In this document: piece after piece, positions 11,801 through 24,694 of the stretch
Position numbering within the stretch: the stretch's first letter is position 1
Layout: every line of letters begins with the position of its first letter
Assembly: GCF_004010195.1 (NCBI RefSeq)
Contig: NC_057718.1
Span: 62,030,981 to 62,094,980 of the forward strand
Length of the DNA stretch: 64,000 bases
Source: Chiloscyllium plagiosum
Taxonomy: Eukaryota
Direction: 5' to 3'
Position numbers and translations under genes: made by a program
Notes under the pieces: model-generated
Seen by the model: only the letters and a program-made list of their open reading frames with translations
Told to the model about the DNA's origin: nothing
Databases searched by the model: none

Positions 11801-13994
11801 GCAAAAAGGCACAAAGTCTATGATCAAACCAAAATGGTTGAAACAAAATGATTTACTGTTATTTATTTTCTGTTTTTGGTAATGAAAATCTGATGGGGAG
11901 TTAAAGATCTTGCATGGAGTGTTTGAGAGGAAAGAAACCAAGGTAACAGCTGCTCGCTCCAAAATTTCTGAGCACCATTGCATACATCTGTACTCACTTC
12001 AATGTTATAAAGGCATAGAGCCAGAATGAAACCATTCGGTCCATCAAGTCAAAGTCAACTCTCTACAATCCTTTCCCCTTATTTAACCCTGTAGCTTTCT
12101 AGGTCTATTTTCTTCAAATACCATCCAGTTTCCTTTTGAAATCAATCATCACCACCACTCGCACTGCCCCAGTGAGTTCTGGGTCATTACCACTTGCTGT
12201 GTAATAAAGTTCTTCCTCACATCCCTCATGCAACTCTTTGCTCAAAAATTGAAACTAATGTCACCCAGTCCTTGTATCTTGTACCATCAGATATTGAAAA
12301 CCGCTTTCTTTGTCTATCTCTACTTATGAAGCTCCAGGGCTCATATGCACAATATATTCCATCACATTCAAAGGTCTATGTATATGAACAGCCAGATGTC
12401 AGTACACTCTTTATAACTGTATCATTTACTCAATGGGCTCATGGAGATTATCATTGGTTAGAAACGGAACTGGATGAGTCATATTGACCAGATCAGAGCC
12501 TGGGAATAAGTTAGCAAGTAATTTGTCTCCAAACTCCCCAAAGTCTGTCCATCATCTGCAAGGCCCAAGTCAGGTGAATATTGGAATAGTGTTCACTTGC
12601 CGATCGTTTAAACAGTGTAGGTGCAAAACTCAAATTACTGTACTTGCAAATAGACACTTATTAGCATAATAGGAATTAATCAAATATCATCTAAGACAAA
12701 GCCTATATCAAATGCACTGTTTAACATTTTTATTTTCCAAGGTTTCAGTTCTGGTTACAAAATATTCACATATTATATTTCAATTTTCCTGAAGCATTGC
12801 ATCTTCAAACTGTGCTGGATATTGAAGATAACTTCCAACGCATTCGGTTTGCAGTTAGAGTGAAATACAACAAAGATTAATTATTTGGAATAGAGAGAAT
12901 TATGATTGTCAACAACAAAAGAGGTTTAACACAAGTGCACGAGATATGAATAAAATTGGAAGCGTTTATTAGCACAAATAACTATCCTACTCTTTCTGTT
13001 CTATTTTTATCTTTCATTTCAAGTAATTGCTGCTCTCAGTTTAAAGGTTTTTTTTAGATGGTGGTGGTGGGTCTGCAAGCAACAGTAATATTTTCAATTC
13101 ATAGAATTCCAAATGCAAGATATAAAATAAAATGTGGTTTATTGTTAGGATAGAATAAACTATCTTTTTCATTCACAATGGTATTGCCATGAATGCCAAG
13201 GACAGGTATCCACAGTCTCCTTTGCCAGAAAGTCACTGTCTGGCACACATATGGCACAAATGTTACTTGCTACTTAGCAACCCAAGCCTGGATATTGTCC
13301 AGGTCTTGCTGTATTTGAGCAGAGGTGCTTCATTAAATTAATGTTATGAATGGTACTGAACAGTGTACAATCATCAGCAAACATCCACATTTTAGAGATA
13401 GAAACTTTAGAATTTTCAATTAAACACCTGAAGAATGTTGGGTTAGGGCATACCTTAAGGAATATCTACTATGATAGACTAAGACTAAGACAACTTACAA
13501 GCAATTAGTGAAGTTATCTCACCACATGCAAAGGTGTCATGGGGTTCAAAGCATGGGCATTCACTGCCAACTACGTCCTGTCACAGAGTGGAACCACATC
13601 TTTTGAGGTTCATCGGTCCCCCAATCCCAAAAGCTTGCCTTCTCTGCATCATTATGTCTCCATAGGAAGACATCAGGTCACACTCTGCTTATTTCTGCTC
13701 ATTTTTGGCCTTTACAGCAATCCTTTCATACAAACTTCCAGCTTTGTGAAGCACAGAACTGAATAACTAAGGCTCAGGGCAAGGGCTTATCCTAGACATT
13801 ACCACCATTACCCCTTTAAACCACTCTCTAAAGCAATCATTGTAACCACTATTCCCTGCACTCCATTGTAACAATCCCCTATTAAATAGGAACAACAGAG
13901 AGTGCTAAGGCCTAAATCTCATCCAGACATTGGTTCTCTGCAACTAAATCTGGCTCTTTCAGGCTAAATATACACAGCCAGCTTGACGCCCTAC

Positions 13995-14065
13995 CTTTAA
14001 AAGAATCAACATTTTGAATACCAGCAGGGTCATCTTGTAAAATCACAAGGTAGATTTCAAACCAC
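13995..14065 (-). CDS. Putative internal exon, 71 nt, phase 2/1 (WFEIYLVILQDDPAGIQNVDSFK)
   Basis: Acceptor ttttctcaatcttttaag, donor AAG|gtaggg, open frame. Confidence 0.65.
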
Positions 14066-14224
14066 CTTAAAAGATTGAGAAAACTTAAGAGCAAGTGTCA
14101 AGCATCCAATCATTAAATTTGGTTTGGTTTTGGAAGCTGGGCGCAACCACAAAACCAGTTGCCCCCAAATTGAATGAATGAGCTGAGTGATTTTAACAAT
14201 TTGGCCTGTTCACAATTCTTTGCA

Positions 14225-14460
14225 TTTGACTTATTGTTGTCACATGTACTGAAATGCAGTGAAAAGTTTCATTTTGTGTGCTATGGCTGATCACGCCATA
14301 TAAAGTGCATCAGAGTCACAGAACAGAGTGCAGAATACAGTGTTACTTTGCAGAGAAAGTGCAGAGTGAGAGAGAGATCAGAAGTAATATTTGAGAGGTC
14401 CGTTTCAAAGTCTGATAACAGCAGGAAAGAAACTGTTCTGGAATATGTTCGTAATGCTTT
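14225..14460 (-). mobile_element. Rex1/Babar-type 3' tail fragment
   Basis: ttattgttgtcacatgtactgaaatgcagtgaaaag. Homologous to 25255-25500. Confidence 0.6.
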
Positions 14461-14532
14461 GAGGATCTCTTCTAATTAAGTTCTTTTAGTTGCACACAGA
14501 AATTGATAGACATCTTTTAAAAGTTTTAGTAT

Positions 14533-15770
14533 GTGCATGGGAAATCATGTCTCATAAGCTTGATTGAGTTTTTTGAAAAATTAACAAAGAGGACTGATGA
14601 GAGCGGAGCAGTGGAAGTGATCTATATGGACTTCAGTAAGGCGTTCGACAAGGTTCCCCATGGGAGACTGGTTAGATCTAATGAAATACAGGGAGAACTA
14701 GCCATTTGGATAAAGAACTGGCTCAAAGGTAAAAGACAAAAAGTATTGGTGGAGGGTTGTTTTTCAGACTGGAGGCCTGTGACCAGTGGAGTGCCACAAG
14801 GATCAGTGCTGTGTCCACTACTTTTCATCATTTATATAAATGATTTGGATCTGAGCATAAGAGGTATAGTTAGTAAGTTTGCAGATGACACCAAAATTGG
14901 AGGTGCGGTGGATAGCGAAGAAGGTTAACTCAGATTACAATGGGATCTTGATCAGATGGGCTGATAAGTGGCAGATGGAATTTAATTCAGATAAATGCGA
15001 GGTGCTACATTTTGGGAAAGCAAATCTTAGCAGGGCTTATACACTTAATGGTGAGGTCCTAGGAAGTGTTGCTGAACAAAGAGACCTTGGAGTGCAGGTT
15101 CATAGCTCCTTGAAAGTGGAGTCACAGGTGGATAGGATAATGAAGGCGGCGTTTGGTATGCTATTCTTTATTGGTCAGAGTATTGAGTACAGGAGTTGGG
15201 AGGTCATGTTGCGGCTGTACAGGACATTGGTTAGGCCACTGTTGGAATATTGCGTGCAATTCTGGTCTCCTTCCTATCCGAAAGATGTTGTGAAACTTGA
15301 AAGGGTTCAGAAAAGATTTACAAGGATGTTGTCACAGTTGGGGGATTTGAGCTTTAGGGAGAGGCTGAACAGGCTGGGGCTGTTTTCCCTGGAGCGTCGG
15401 AGGCTGAGAAGTGACCTTATAGAGGTTTACAGATTATGAGGGGCATGGATGGGGTAAATAGACAAATGGGGAGTCCAGAACTCAAGGGCATAGGTTTAGG
15501 GTGAGAGGAGAAAGATATAAAAGAGTCCTAAGGGGCAACTTTTTCATGCTGAGGATGGCACGTGTATGGAATGAGCTGCCAGAGAAAGTGGTGGAGCTTT
15601 GCACAATTGCAACATTTGAAACCATCTGAATGTGTTTATGAATAGGAAGGATTTGGAGGGATATGGGCCAGTTGCTGGCAGATGCAACTAGATTGGGTTG
15701 GGATATCTGGTTGGTATGGACAAGTTGGACTGAAGAGTCTGTTTCTGTGCCGTACATCTCTATGACTCTA
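14533..15770 (+). mobile_element. 5'-truncated CR1 (HER1-like) LINE
   Basis: RT motifs [28 protein letters not shown] and RPLLEYCVQFWSP. Tail CTCTATGACTCTAT. Confidence 0.95.
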
Positions 15771-16191
15771 TATTAAAAAAATATTAAATTTCCTAAGAAA
15801 CCATTGACCAATATATACTAATAAAATGAGTAAATAGGGGAGTAAAGTTTTCACAAATAATTTTCAGTGATTCTTTCAGGTGGTGAACCACCCTTAATTG
15901 TTTGGTTTTGTTGATAAACACATTTTAGGTGCATTGATACAACTACACAATGTACCCATTCTAAAAACATCAAACAGTATTTTATAACAGGCTGAATGGT
16001 CTTACTTCCAGTCCTATGCTTTATGGTCTTAACATAAGAAAAAAGAGCAACGAATTCTGTCATACTGCATGAACTGATTGTGCTGGCTCATGGAAGGTTT
16101 TACATTTGTGTTCGTAGAACTGGGTTTCAGCAGGAACTTCAACCTTGGAGTTTTGGAAAACCAACACAATTTGCCAGAAACTCCAAATCGT

Positions 16192-16912
16192 TATAGAGTC
16201 ATAGAGTCATAGAGATGTACAGCACGGAAACAGACCCTACGGTCCAAGCCGTCCATTGCCGACCAGATATTCCAATCCAATCTAGTCCCACCTGCTAGCA
16301 CCCAGCCCATATCCCTCCAAACCCCTCCTATTCATATACCCATCCAAATGCCTCTTAAATGTTGCAATTGTACCAGCCTCTACCATTTCCTCTGGCAGCT
16401 CATTCCATACACGTACCACCCTCTGCGTGAAGAAGTTGCCCCTTAGGTCTCTTTTATATCTTTCCCCTCTCACACTAAACCTATGCCCTATAGTTCTGGA
16501 CTCCCCAAACCCAGGGAAAAGACTTTGCCTATTTACCCTATCCCTGCCTCTCATAATTTTGTAAACCTCTATAAGGTCACCCCTCAGCCTCCGATGCTCC
16601 AGGGAAAACAGCCCCAGCCTGTTCAGCCTCTCCCTGTAGCTTAAATCCTCCAACCCTGGCAACATCCTTGTAAGTCTTTTCTGAACCCTTTCAAGTTTCA
16701 CAACATCTTTTCGATAGGAAGGAGACCAGAATTGCACACAATATTCCAACAGTGGCCTAACCAATGTCCTGTACAGCCACAACATGATCTCCCAACTCCT
16801 GTACTCAATACTCTGACCAATAAAGAAAAGCTACCAAACGCCTTCTTCACTATCCTAACTACCTGTGACTCTACTTTCGAGGAGCTATGTACCTGCACTC
16901 CAAGGTCTCTTT
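16192..16912 (-). mobile_element. CR1 LINE 3' fragment
   Basis: ORF 16282-16785 is the RT C-terminus. (ATAGAGTC)n tail. Confidence 0.95.
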
Positions 16913-16959
16913 GTCACACCATAACTGATATGTAAGAGGATCATATGAAATTGATGTAC

Positions 16960-17550
16960 CAGTCTTGAAAAGACTGGGTGACCACTTCACTGAACACCTA
17001 CGCTCTGTCTGCAAAAAAGACCCTGAGTTTCCAGTTGTCTGCCACTTCAACACACCATGTTGTTCCCTGGCCAACATCTCCATCTCAGGCTTGCAGCACA
17101 GTGCAAGCTGGAAGAACAGCAGGTCATTTTCTATTTGGGGATTCTACAGCCTTCTGGACACAATATCAAGTTCAACAGTTTTAAAGCTTGAGGCACCTTC
17201 TCCAATGTCCTCACCCCAGCCCCCACACACCAGGCCGTGTTATCACATGGTCTGCTTTTACACACTACCCATTGTAAACACTAATAATCTCCAATAGCAG
17301 CCTTTTATCCTCCTAGTCTGACTGTTATTATCCACTCCTTTGCCTTCTCTCTGTTGGAGTTGTATCTCCACCTATTGTTTACTCCTTCACCCTTCCCCCC
17401 CACCCTGCATTCTGCATTAAAAAAGATTTTTACTAGTTACCGACAGTTCTGAAGAAGGGTCATTGGACCCAAAATGTTAACACTGATTTCTCTCCACAGA
17501 TGCTGCCAGACCTGCTGAGATTTTCCAGCAATTTCTGCTTTGGTTTCTGA
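16960..17550 (+). mobile_element. PLE 3' fragment (end of GIY-YIG domain plus terminal repeat with a decayed hammerhead at 17446-17482)
   Basis: KRLGDHFTEHLRSV...VCHFN. The motif reads CTGAAGAAGGGTCATTGGACCCAAAATGTTAAC. Confidence 0.85.
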
Positions 17551-18039
17551 AAAGGACAACAGTCACCCAAGATGCATTAATTGTTACTGGATTCACAGTA
17601 ATTCTCGCATAGTGTGAGAGAATCGAAAATGGCAGCCTACACTTTCAATATAGCATTTCTGCTCTGCAAGGCTCCATATTCAAGAAAGTAATTATTTTTT
17701 CTACTTAGCTTTTGGATAGTCCCTTTAACCCATTATTGGTTTGGGATTAAATCATTCAGCACTCCCTGAAATCCAGGATAAGATTAATATTTTAGTTTGT
17801 GAAACACAGACCCTGAAATTCTGTTAGTTTCTTGTATAATTTGTGTTGAGCCATTACTGTGCAGATTCTGCAATCTTCCGTCAAAGTGCAGCAGGGGTCA
17901 TTAAAAAATCACAGAAATTCAACTGCTTTTGTCAAGTTCTAAGTCTAGAAGCTGTTGCTGGAGACAATAACAAACAACTGTTGAGCAAATTCATACTATA
18001 TTCCTCTGTTCCCTACAATTCAGGTGTTAATTAAAACCT

Positions 18040-18365
18040 TTTGCTGTAAAAGGATAAGGAATGAGAGAGCACAGATTTAAAATTTGCAAAATAAGCAAAT
18101 GCGAGATGAGTAAAATTTCTATACATTGGTTGGTTCCAGTGTGGAATGCACAGCCTGATGTATGGTAGAGGCAGGTACAATTGATGCATTCAAGAAGGCA
18201 CTGGATAATTATTTAAATAGAAAAAATGTGCAAAGGTATGGAAAGGAGTGTGGGGAAAAGGCAAGAGAATGGCTCTAAAATCATGATGCTCTTTTGGAAA
18301 GCTGGTGCAAACACAATAAACTGAATGGGCTTCTTCTGCAACATAACACTTCTGTGATTCTATGA
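18040..18365 (+). mobile_element. Old CR1 3' fragment
   Basis: Degenerate VWN.LP..VVEAGTI..FK..LD segment and a TTCTATGA-type tail. Confidence 0.7.
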
Positions 18366-18611
18366 TTTTAAATGATTTAGTATCCTTCAATACATTACCA
18401 AATATAACGTGAAACTATATGAAATCTAATATTGCAAAAATCTGAGTCTCACCAGGCTCTATACAAAACTATTTCATTTGTTTAAAAGTATGTACACCAC
18501 CAGAACTGAGTGATTAGTCTGTGAATTACTTTAGAATTAATCATAAAAAATAAATGTTGGCTGTTCCCATATTTGACATCGCTTTTACGCTGGAGACATG
18601 CCCAAACCAAC

Positions 18612-18634
18612 CTATCCTGGTGCTGTCTCATTTC
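18612..18634 (-). CDS. Putative 23-nt microexon, phase 0/2 (EMRQHQD-R)
   Basis: Strong acceptor ttcatctctcttataatttcag and donor AG|gttggt. It supplies exactly the phase needed to join its neighbours. Confidence 0.5.
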
Positions 18635-20938
18635 CTGAAATTATAAGAGAGATGAATTAAAAAATTCAAACCTCCTGTGCATTGTACATTAACTGCCCAG
18701 GAACAGGCTTAACATAGGACCAATTTATTATTTTGAAATGCAAAGTATGTCACTGCCAATTAATGATTCAATCCTTTAGCATTTTCATAACACTTCTGGA
18801 ATTAAATTGAACTAGCAGTATTTTCTGCGCAGGAGTCCTGCACTTTGATAACTATTTCTAAACTTAAACTAGTGAAACAATACAATAATGTGAGTATTCC
18901 ATAACGGCATTGATATCACTTCTTAAAATGGGCTGGATAAATGAATGTAGCAATTATAACACTGTTACTGATGTATAGCTCTGTTTAGATTAAGAATATC
19001 TAGAATTATGGAAACATAGTTTCTGAAGAATAAAATCATTATTTCGGTAACTCTCTTCTGTATTATCTTCAGTCACTTGTTAGCCATGCCCTTGATTTCT
19101 TGAGGTGGCCCATCTGCAGTTGTTTTTAAAATCGCAGGAAGGTATCATGATTTAGTAACCCTAGAGAATGCCCCAGATATAAATATTATTGTACTTGTGC
19201 TACTAAATATTCAACATTTATTTAATGATTAGTCAATGGCCATAATGAAGTGACCATGCATTTTTAAAATTTGGCCCTACATTTTAAATCAAAGTATCAT
19301 GGAAACATCTACTACCCCCTCCACCCCACCTTTGCCTTTCTTAAAACATTTACAGTAGTTGAAACATAAAACTATTTTTGAAAACCACAATCAAAATCAT
19401 AGCCAATGCAGTAGTACTTATATACATGCTGAAGATTAATATTTGGAAGTGTATAATCCATTCATGCCTTACAAACAGCATTGTATCTCAAACAATTATC
19501 AAATTAAGTAACAGCTTCCTAATTCTGACAATTTATCACATTTATCAAGTGCTTTTCAATGGATATCAGTTTTGGATTAAAGAGTCCAGTCATGAATCCT
19601 GTACTTTGAGTTAATGTCAGTGGTAGAAACCCCATGACATAGCTTATGATCTAATTTTATTAAACTGTGCTTTAGGCAACAATATCTCTTTGGTTAGGGA
19701 ATAGCGCTTTAATGACTTTCCGAGTATTATAACTATCTCTTTTAATGATTTAATGAACTGTTTCAGTATTTAGTGCAATAGCCTTTAATTGAATACTACT
19801 TAAGAAGTATTAGCTAATTTTATCTATTTGCTTAGAAATGTTTGACCTGTTTCTCTGTTAATAACCTCAGCGATGAATATGCCCTTAATCTACTGGCCTC
19901 TATAGCTGAGAAAATTATGCCACTGCCTGTTAGGAATGAAAAAACACACTTATGGTCAGCAGGTTTAATTTGTTTAATCAGTTTGTCATACATTGAATAC
20001 TAACAGGAAGAGGTTAAGGAGTTTTTGTCTATATGTCAAGTTCAATTCCTGAAAGAAATATCTTGAATCCAATATCAGAGGTAGAACAGAAAACAGACCA
20101 AAGTAAAATTTTCTATAATGATCACTTCTACTAAAACTATAAACCTGGCCTTTTACAACTTGTGTACAAGTTTGCTAAAAATAATGCGCAGAACAAATGT
20201 TCACCAATACACTTAAACATTTCTTCACATAACAACATAAAATAATTTTTCTTCCTAGATGAACAGAAAAATTTCAGTGGTGTAATTAGCAATAAATTGC
20301 TGATATTTTTCTTTGTTTAAGGTTAAAAAGGATTTTAAATTTGAAATGCTTTCTTTATGTGGACACTTTCTGATAATCTCCAAATGCACATTGATCATCT
20401 CACTTGCTATGACAATGATTTTACACAAGTTACTGTAGGATATCTCTCACAATTTATTAACTTTGATAGCACAGTAGAGTGTATTTAATATGAATGCAAT
20501 AAATTCATATTCATCATAATGCACAAATACACTATACATTTCACTGCTATGTGACTGGAGCTGCCAAGATACAGGATTTTTTCATGAGAAGATTAATGAG
20601 GAAACAGAGCTATTAGTTTCTCTCTTAAATTGTTCAAAGAAAATGCTATAGACTTGGCAGGCCTACATGCTAAGGCTGACTTCCACTTTGCAACAATGAC
20701 CCCAACTGGTGCTTTCCAAGGAACTGCAATGGGAATTACTTCAAATAATAGTGGAGGAGTTTTGATCGTCTATTTTCTTACAAATATCCTCATTAATACT
20801 CATAACGAAGGCTAACACTTAGTGTCTGCTGCGTGCACTATGCAACATGCAGAAATGTACGTTGGTAATAAAACACTACAGAACAATGTTAAAAACCACA
20901 CAACATCAGGTTATAGTCCAACAGGTTTAATTGGAAGC

Positions 20939-20975
20939 TCACTAGCTTTCGGAGCGACGCTCCTTCATCAGGTGG
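20939..20975 (-). ncRNA. Minimal type I hammerhead ribozyme motif (intact core)
   Basis: cac-CUGAUGA-a-GGAGC-guc-GCUCC-GAAA-GC-UA-gug. Stem I is cac/gug and stem II is 5 bp. Confidence 0.8.
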
Positions 20976-21338
20976 TTGTGGAGGACACAATTGTAAGGTA
21001 CAGAATTTATAGCAAAAGTTTACAGTGTGATGTAACTGAAATTATACATTGAAAAATACCTTGATTGTCTGTTGAGTCTTTCACCTGTTCAAATACCATG
21101 ATAGTTTCACTTCTTTCATGTGTAAATCACAAAACCTTTTTTTAAAAGTTCTTTTTTTAAAACCTCTTTTTAAAAAAGGTTTTGTGATTTACACATGAAA
21201 GAAGTGAAACTATCATGGTATTTGAACAGATGAAAGACTCAACAGACAATCAAGGTATTTTTCAATGTATAATTTCAGTTACATCACACTGTAAACTTTT
21301 GCTATTAATTCTGTGCCTTACAATTGAGCCCTCAACAA

Positions 21339-21375
21339 CCACCTGATGAAGGAGCGGTGCTCCGAAAGCAAGTGT
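21339..21375 (+). ncRNA. Hammerhead motif with a cleavage-site mutation
   Basis: cac-CUGAUGA-a-GGAGC-ggu-GCUCC-GAAA-GC-AA-gug. The conserved U of NUH is replaced by A. Confidence 0.7.
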
Positions 21376-21839
21376 GCTTCCAATTAAACTTGTTGGACCA
21401 TAACCTGGTGTTGTATGATTTTTAACTTTGCACATCCCAGTCCAACACCGGCATCTCCAAATCATGACTACAGAACAAGATTCAGGTGAAAGCATTTGAA
21501 GGTTAAATTTTAGCATTCCTCATTAATCTGGTTCACTACACTAGCATAGACTCAAATTAAGTGCAATGTTGAATTGTATCACATCAGGAACTGATGATAC
21601 GTGACTTTTACTCTGTAATGGCTGTCCTTTGGATCTTTGTAAAATTATCCTATTCCAGATAGTTCATATATTTTTAACCATATTCTACAATGATGGGAAG
21701 AGTTCCAAAGCATGATCAAACAAAATCTTTTGAAAGCGAATTGAGAGGGAGGAGAAATAAAACATATGTACATGCTAATAAAGTGACTATTGAAAGAAGC
21801 ATTGAAATCATTGGATGTATGACACACGATGGGGCCAAC

Positions 21840-21900
21840 CTTTAGACAGACTGGTGTGCAGAGTGATTGTACTCCTTGCTTAACGTCAGCAGCGAGATAC
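21840..21900 (-). CDS. Putative internal exon, 61 nt, phase 2/0 (YLAADVKQGVQSLCTPVCLK)
   Basis: Donor AAG|gttggc. The acceptor ttggtttag is weak, so the 5' boundary is uncertain. Only one frame is open. Confidence 0.45.
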
Positions 21901-23225
21901 CTAAACCAACTTCTCACATGAAACAAAGATGCTTAATTTCCATAAGGTTCCATTGCTCAGGCAGAATTGATAGGCCATTTGCCAATTTAGGATGAGACAG
22001 AGATACTTCTGGCATTGCACCATCCACCCATTCCAAATGCTAACTTCATCCCCCTCCTTTCAACTTATGAACCAGGCAACCAGCCAGGTGGGATGATTTT
22101 CATTTGGTTAAGAATTGCTTTCAAGCGCCTAGCAATCCCATAACCTTCAGCAGCATATTTTGTTCTTACTATTTTCAGGCAGCAAGCAACCTTTTAAGGA
22201 CCCCAATATTTAGTGGAGCTCCCATTCTGTTTCACTGTGCTGCCAGTGAGACCACTGTTTTTGCAGTTTTAATGAGGCAAACAAATATCCGCTCAATATG
22301 TGTAGATCATTTCTTCATGTTAGTTTTATTTTAAAGACTAACCAGTTAGGTGAGTGTCATGTTAATAATAATGATCTAATAATCAAGGATTAGTTTATTC
22401 AAAAAGTATATCACAGTTACAAGAAACCAACTGATTTCTGCACGTGCAGCTTGCAAACTGACTGGCAGGCAGTGTCACAATATTGCATATATACAGCACT
22501 TGGAATCCTTAAAGGTGGATCTCATAAAGGCAAAGTTCACATGCAGCATTTTTTCCTTTCTAAAACAAACTATTTACAATAACAGTGAACCTATGTGTCT
22601 CTCCACCATGTAGGTTATTTCCTGTTATATCAAAACCTTGTGATGATGAGTTTGTCTGGAGGTGTTGCTGATTTGCCCACAATCAGCAATGATATTATCT
22701 GTTATTCCTATTTGTGTTGCCAAGTGTTTTTCTTGCATAAATTTTACTTATCCTGTTAATTACAGTAAAGGGCTAAATCTTCTTTTTAAAACTGTTTGCA
22801 GTGGTTCAAATCATTTTGGCATTTACCTGTTTTGCTTCTAAAGTAGTTTCAGCTCATTTTGACATTTCTGATTTAACAGCCTACATTTGTCGAAGTCTTA
22901 TCAAAGTTTTAGCCTTCTGTTTGTCAAATATGTTTACTGCATCATATCTTGGTCAAATAACTACCCAGTCTCTGCAACTTTTTGTTTTGCTTTGAAACCT
23001 GGATTTTTTTCCACATGCTGTTTCAGTGGTTGCCTGGTTTCCTCTATGCCCCACTTGAGGTCTTTCACTAGGGCATCACAGTTGGCATTTATTTCTAAAA
23101 GTATTGTCTCATGAGAGATTTGTTACTCCTTATGGTGTGCTGTTCCTCCTGTTTTGCAGGTATGTAATTTTCTCCAGCATTGCCTTGTGTTCAAGCCAAC
23201 TTTTCTATTGCTTGTAGCTGTAGCT

Positions 23226-23511
23226 GGGCAGCACGGTGGCACAGTGGTTAGCACTGCTGCCTCACAGCACCAGAGACCTGGTCCCGACTCAGGTGACTGA
23301 CTGTGTGGAGTTTGCACATTCTCCCCGTGTCTGCGTGGGTGTGCTCCGGTTTCCTCCCACACTCCAAAGATGTGCAGGTTGGGTGAATTGGCCATGCTAA
23401 ATTGCCCGTAGTGTTAGGTAAATGTAGGGTAATGGGTGGGTTGCGCTTCGGCGGGTTGGTGTGGACTTTTGGGCCGAAGGGCCTGTTTCCACACTGTAAG
23501 TAATCTAATCT
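23226..23511 (+). mobile_element. tRNA-derived V-SINE (HE1-like)
   Basis: A-box GTGGCACAGTGG, V-domain GTGTGGAGTTTGCACATTCTCCCCGTGTCTGCGTGGG...TCCGGTTTCCTCCCACA, and a CR1-derived tail. Confidence 0.9.
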
Positions 23512-24469
23512 GCTTCGGTTGAGACTGATCTGTTTTACGTGGAAGTTACTCCGCTGCTTTTTGTAACCTAGCAACCCTTTCATTAGATTGATTACACCAA
23601 GTTTGTAATTCACCCTGCTTCCATTTTTTCTCTTCTAGCTCTTCATTAAACTTTGTGAAGTGAGCAAAGTTTCTCTTCATTATCTTAAGGATGTGGATTT
23701 CAAGTTTAGATTTATCCTTGGCTCATGAACCAGCAATTTCCCCTTGATCTTTCATTTTTATCTCCACATCCAACTGACATTTAAGCCTCCCTTATTCAGA
23801 AAAAAGTGATGTGTTGTGTCTTTCTTTCATATTCAGTTCTGCAGGTATTCCTTGAGTAGTCTGCTTTAGATTCTATTGTGTCTGTGATATCTGATTTGTT
23901 CCAGAGATTGTGACAAGTGTGAGGTCTCAACATGCTGAAAAGTCTGAAAAGTCCAGACAGATTAATTGTACCTGTGCTTCAACACTATTGACCCAACATA
24001 TGTACTTGGTGAACCATTTTTGTATGCTGAAAGTTTTATATTTGTAGGTTTCATCATGGCTTCTCATATTAGTGAGTACAGTTTGTAGAATTGCAGGGAT
24101 TGTATTTTGCATCTGTGTCAACCTTGGCCAAGAATAACTATCACATTTTGTCCAAGGACAGGTAACTTGAAAATTTTGAAAACAGATGTGTGATGATATT
24201 AATGTTTTCCATGTGATTGACAGTGAGATAAATATGTTCCCCAGTTTACCTCATTGTACATATCATCAGATTCTGATTTGTTGATCTGATGGGATATCAG
24301 ATGGCTTTTAAGATAGTTTGAAGGTGTTTCTTGTTTTGGTAGTGTGTAGCTCTTCAGAGATGTGTCTGACAAATCTGTTAGAATTCTGTTAAACTTCATC
24401 CAGTTCCAGGCCTCTCTAGTCCAAAGCTCCTTCTGGGTAGGATGCCACTTCTGATTCCAGGTCAATACC

Positions 24470-24692
24470 CACCTACCGGACACCTAAGTACTCACCTGCA
24501 ATCTCTGTCTCCAGATGTCTCCTCCAACGCTGCCTCCTCTCCCCACCGAAAACCCTCTCCCACCATCCCCTTTATCTGCAGCTCTCCTTACACCCATCTC
24601 CAGTCCCAAAGAAGGGTTACACCAGAAATGTTGATTTCTCCATCTCCTGCTTGCCTACCTTGGATTCCAGCATCTGCAGATTTTTTTTCTCT
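24470..24692 (+). mobile_element. PLE terminal-repeat fragment with a decayed hammerhead
   Basis: CCCAAAGAAGGGTTACACCAGAAATGTTGA...TGGATTCCAGCATCTGCAG. Same family as 4001-4115. Confidence 0.65.
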
Positions 24693-24694
24693 TC

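Larger units (their letters stand above)
20887..21466. mobile_element. Fold-back (palindromic) non-coding PLE derivative
   Basis: Arms at about 20888-21145 and 21168-21426 are near-perfect reverse complements. There is an unpaired 40-nt tail and a 12-bp TSD actacagaacaa at 20875-20886 and 21467-21478. Confidence 0.9.

Noticed and set aside
19077..19113. Alternative exon GPPQEIKGMANK
   Set aside because: Weak acceptor and donor. The 18612-18634 microexon fits the phases better.
23226..23300. tRNA gene
   Set aside because: The tRNA-like head continues into a V-SINE body and LINE-derived tail, and the B-box is deleted.
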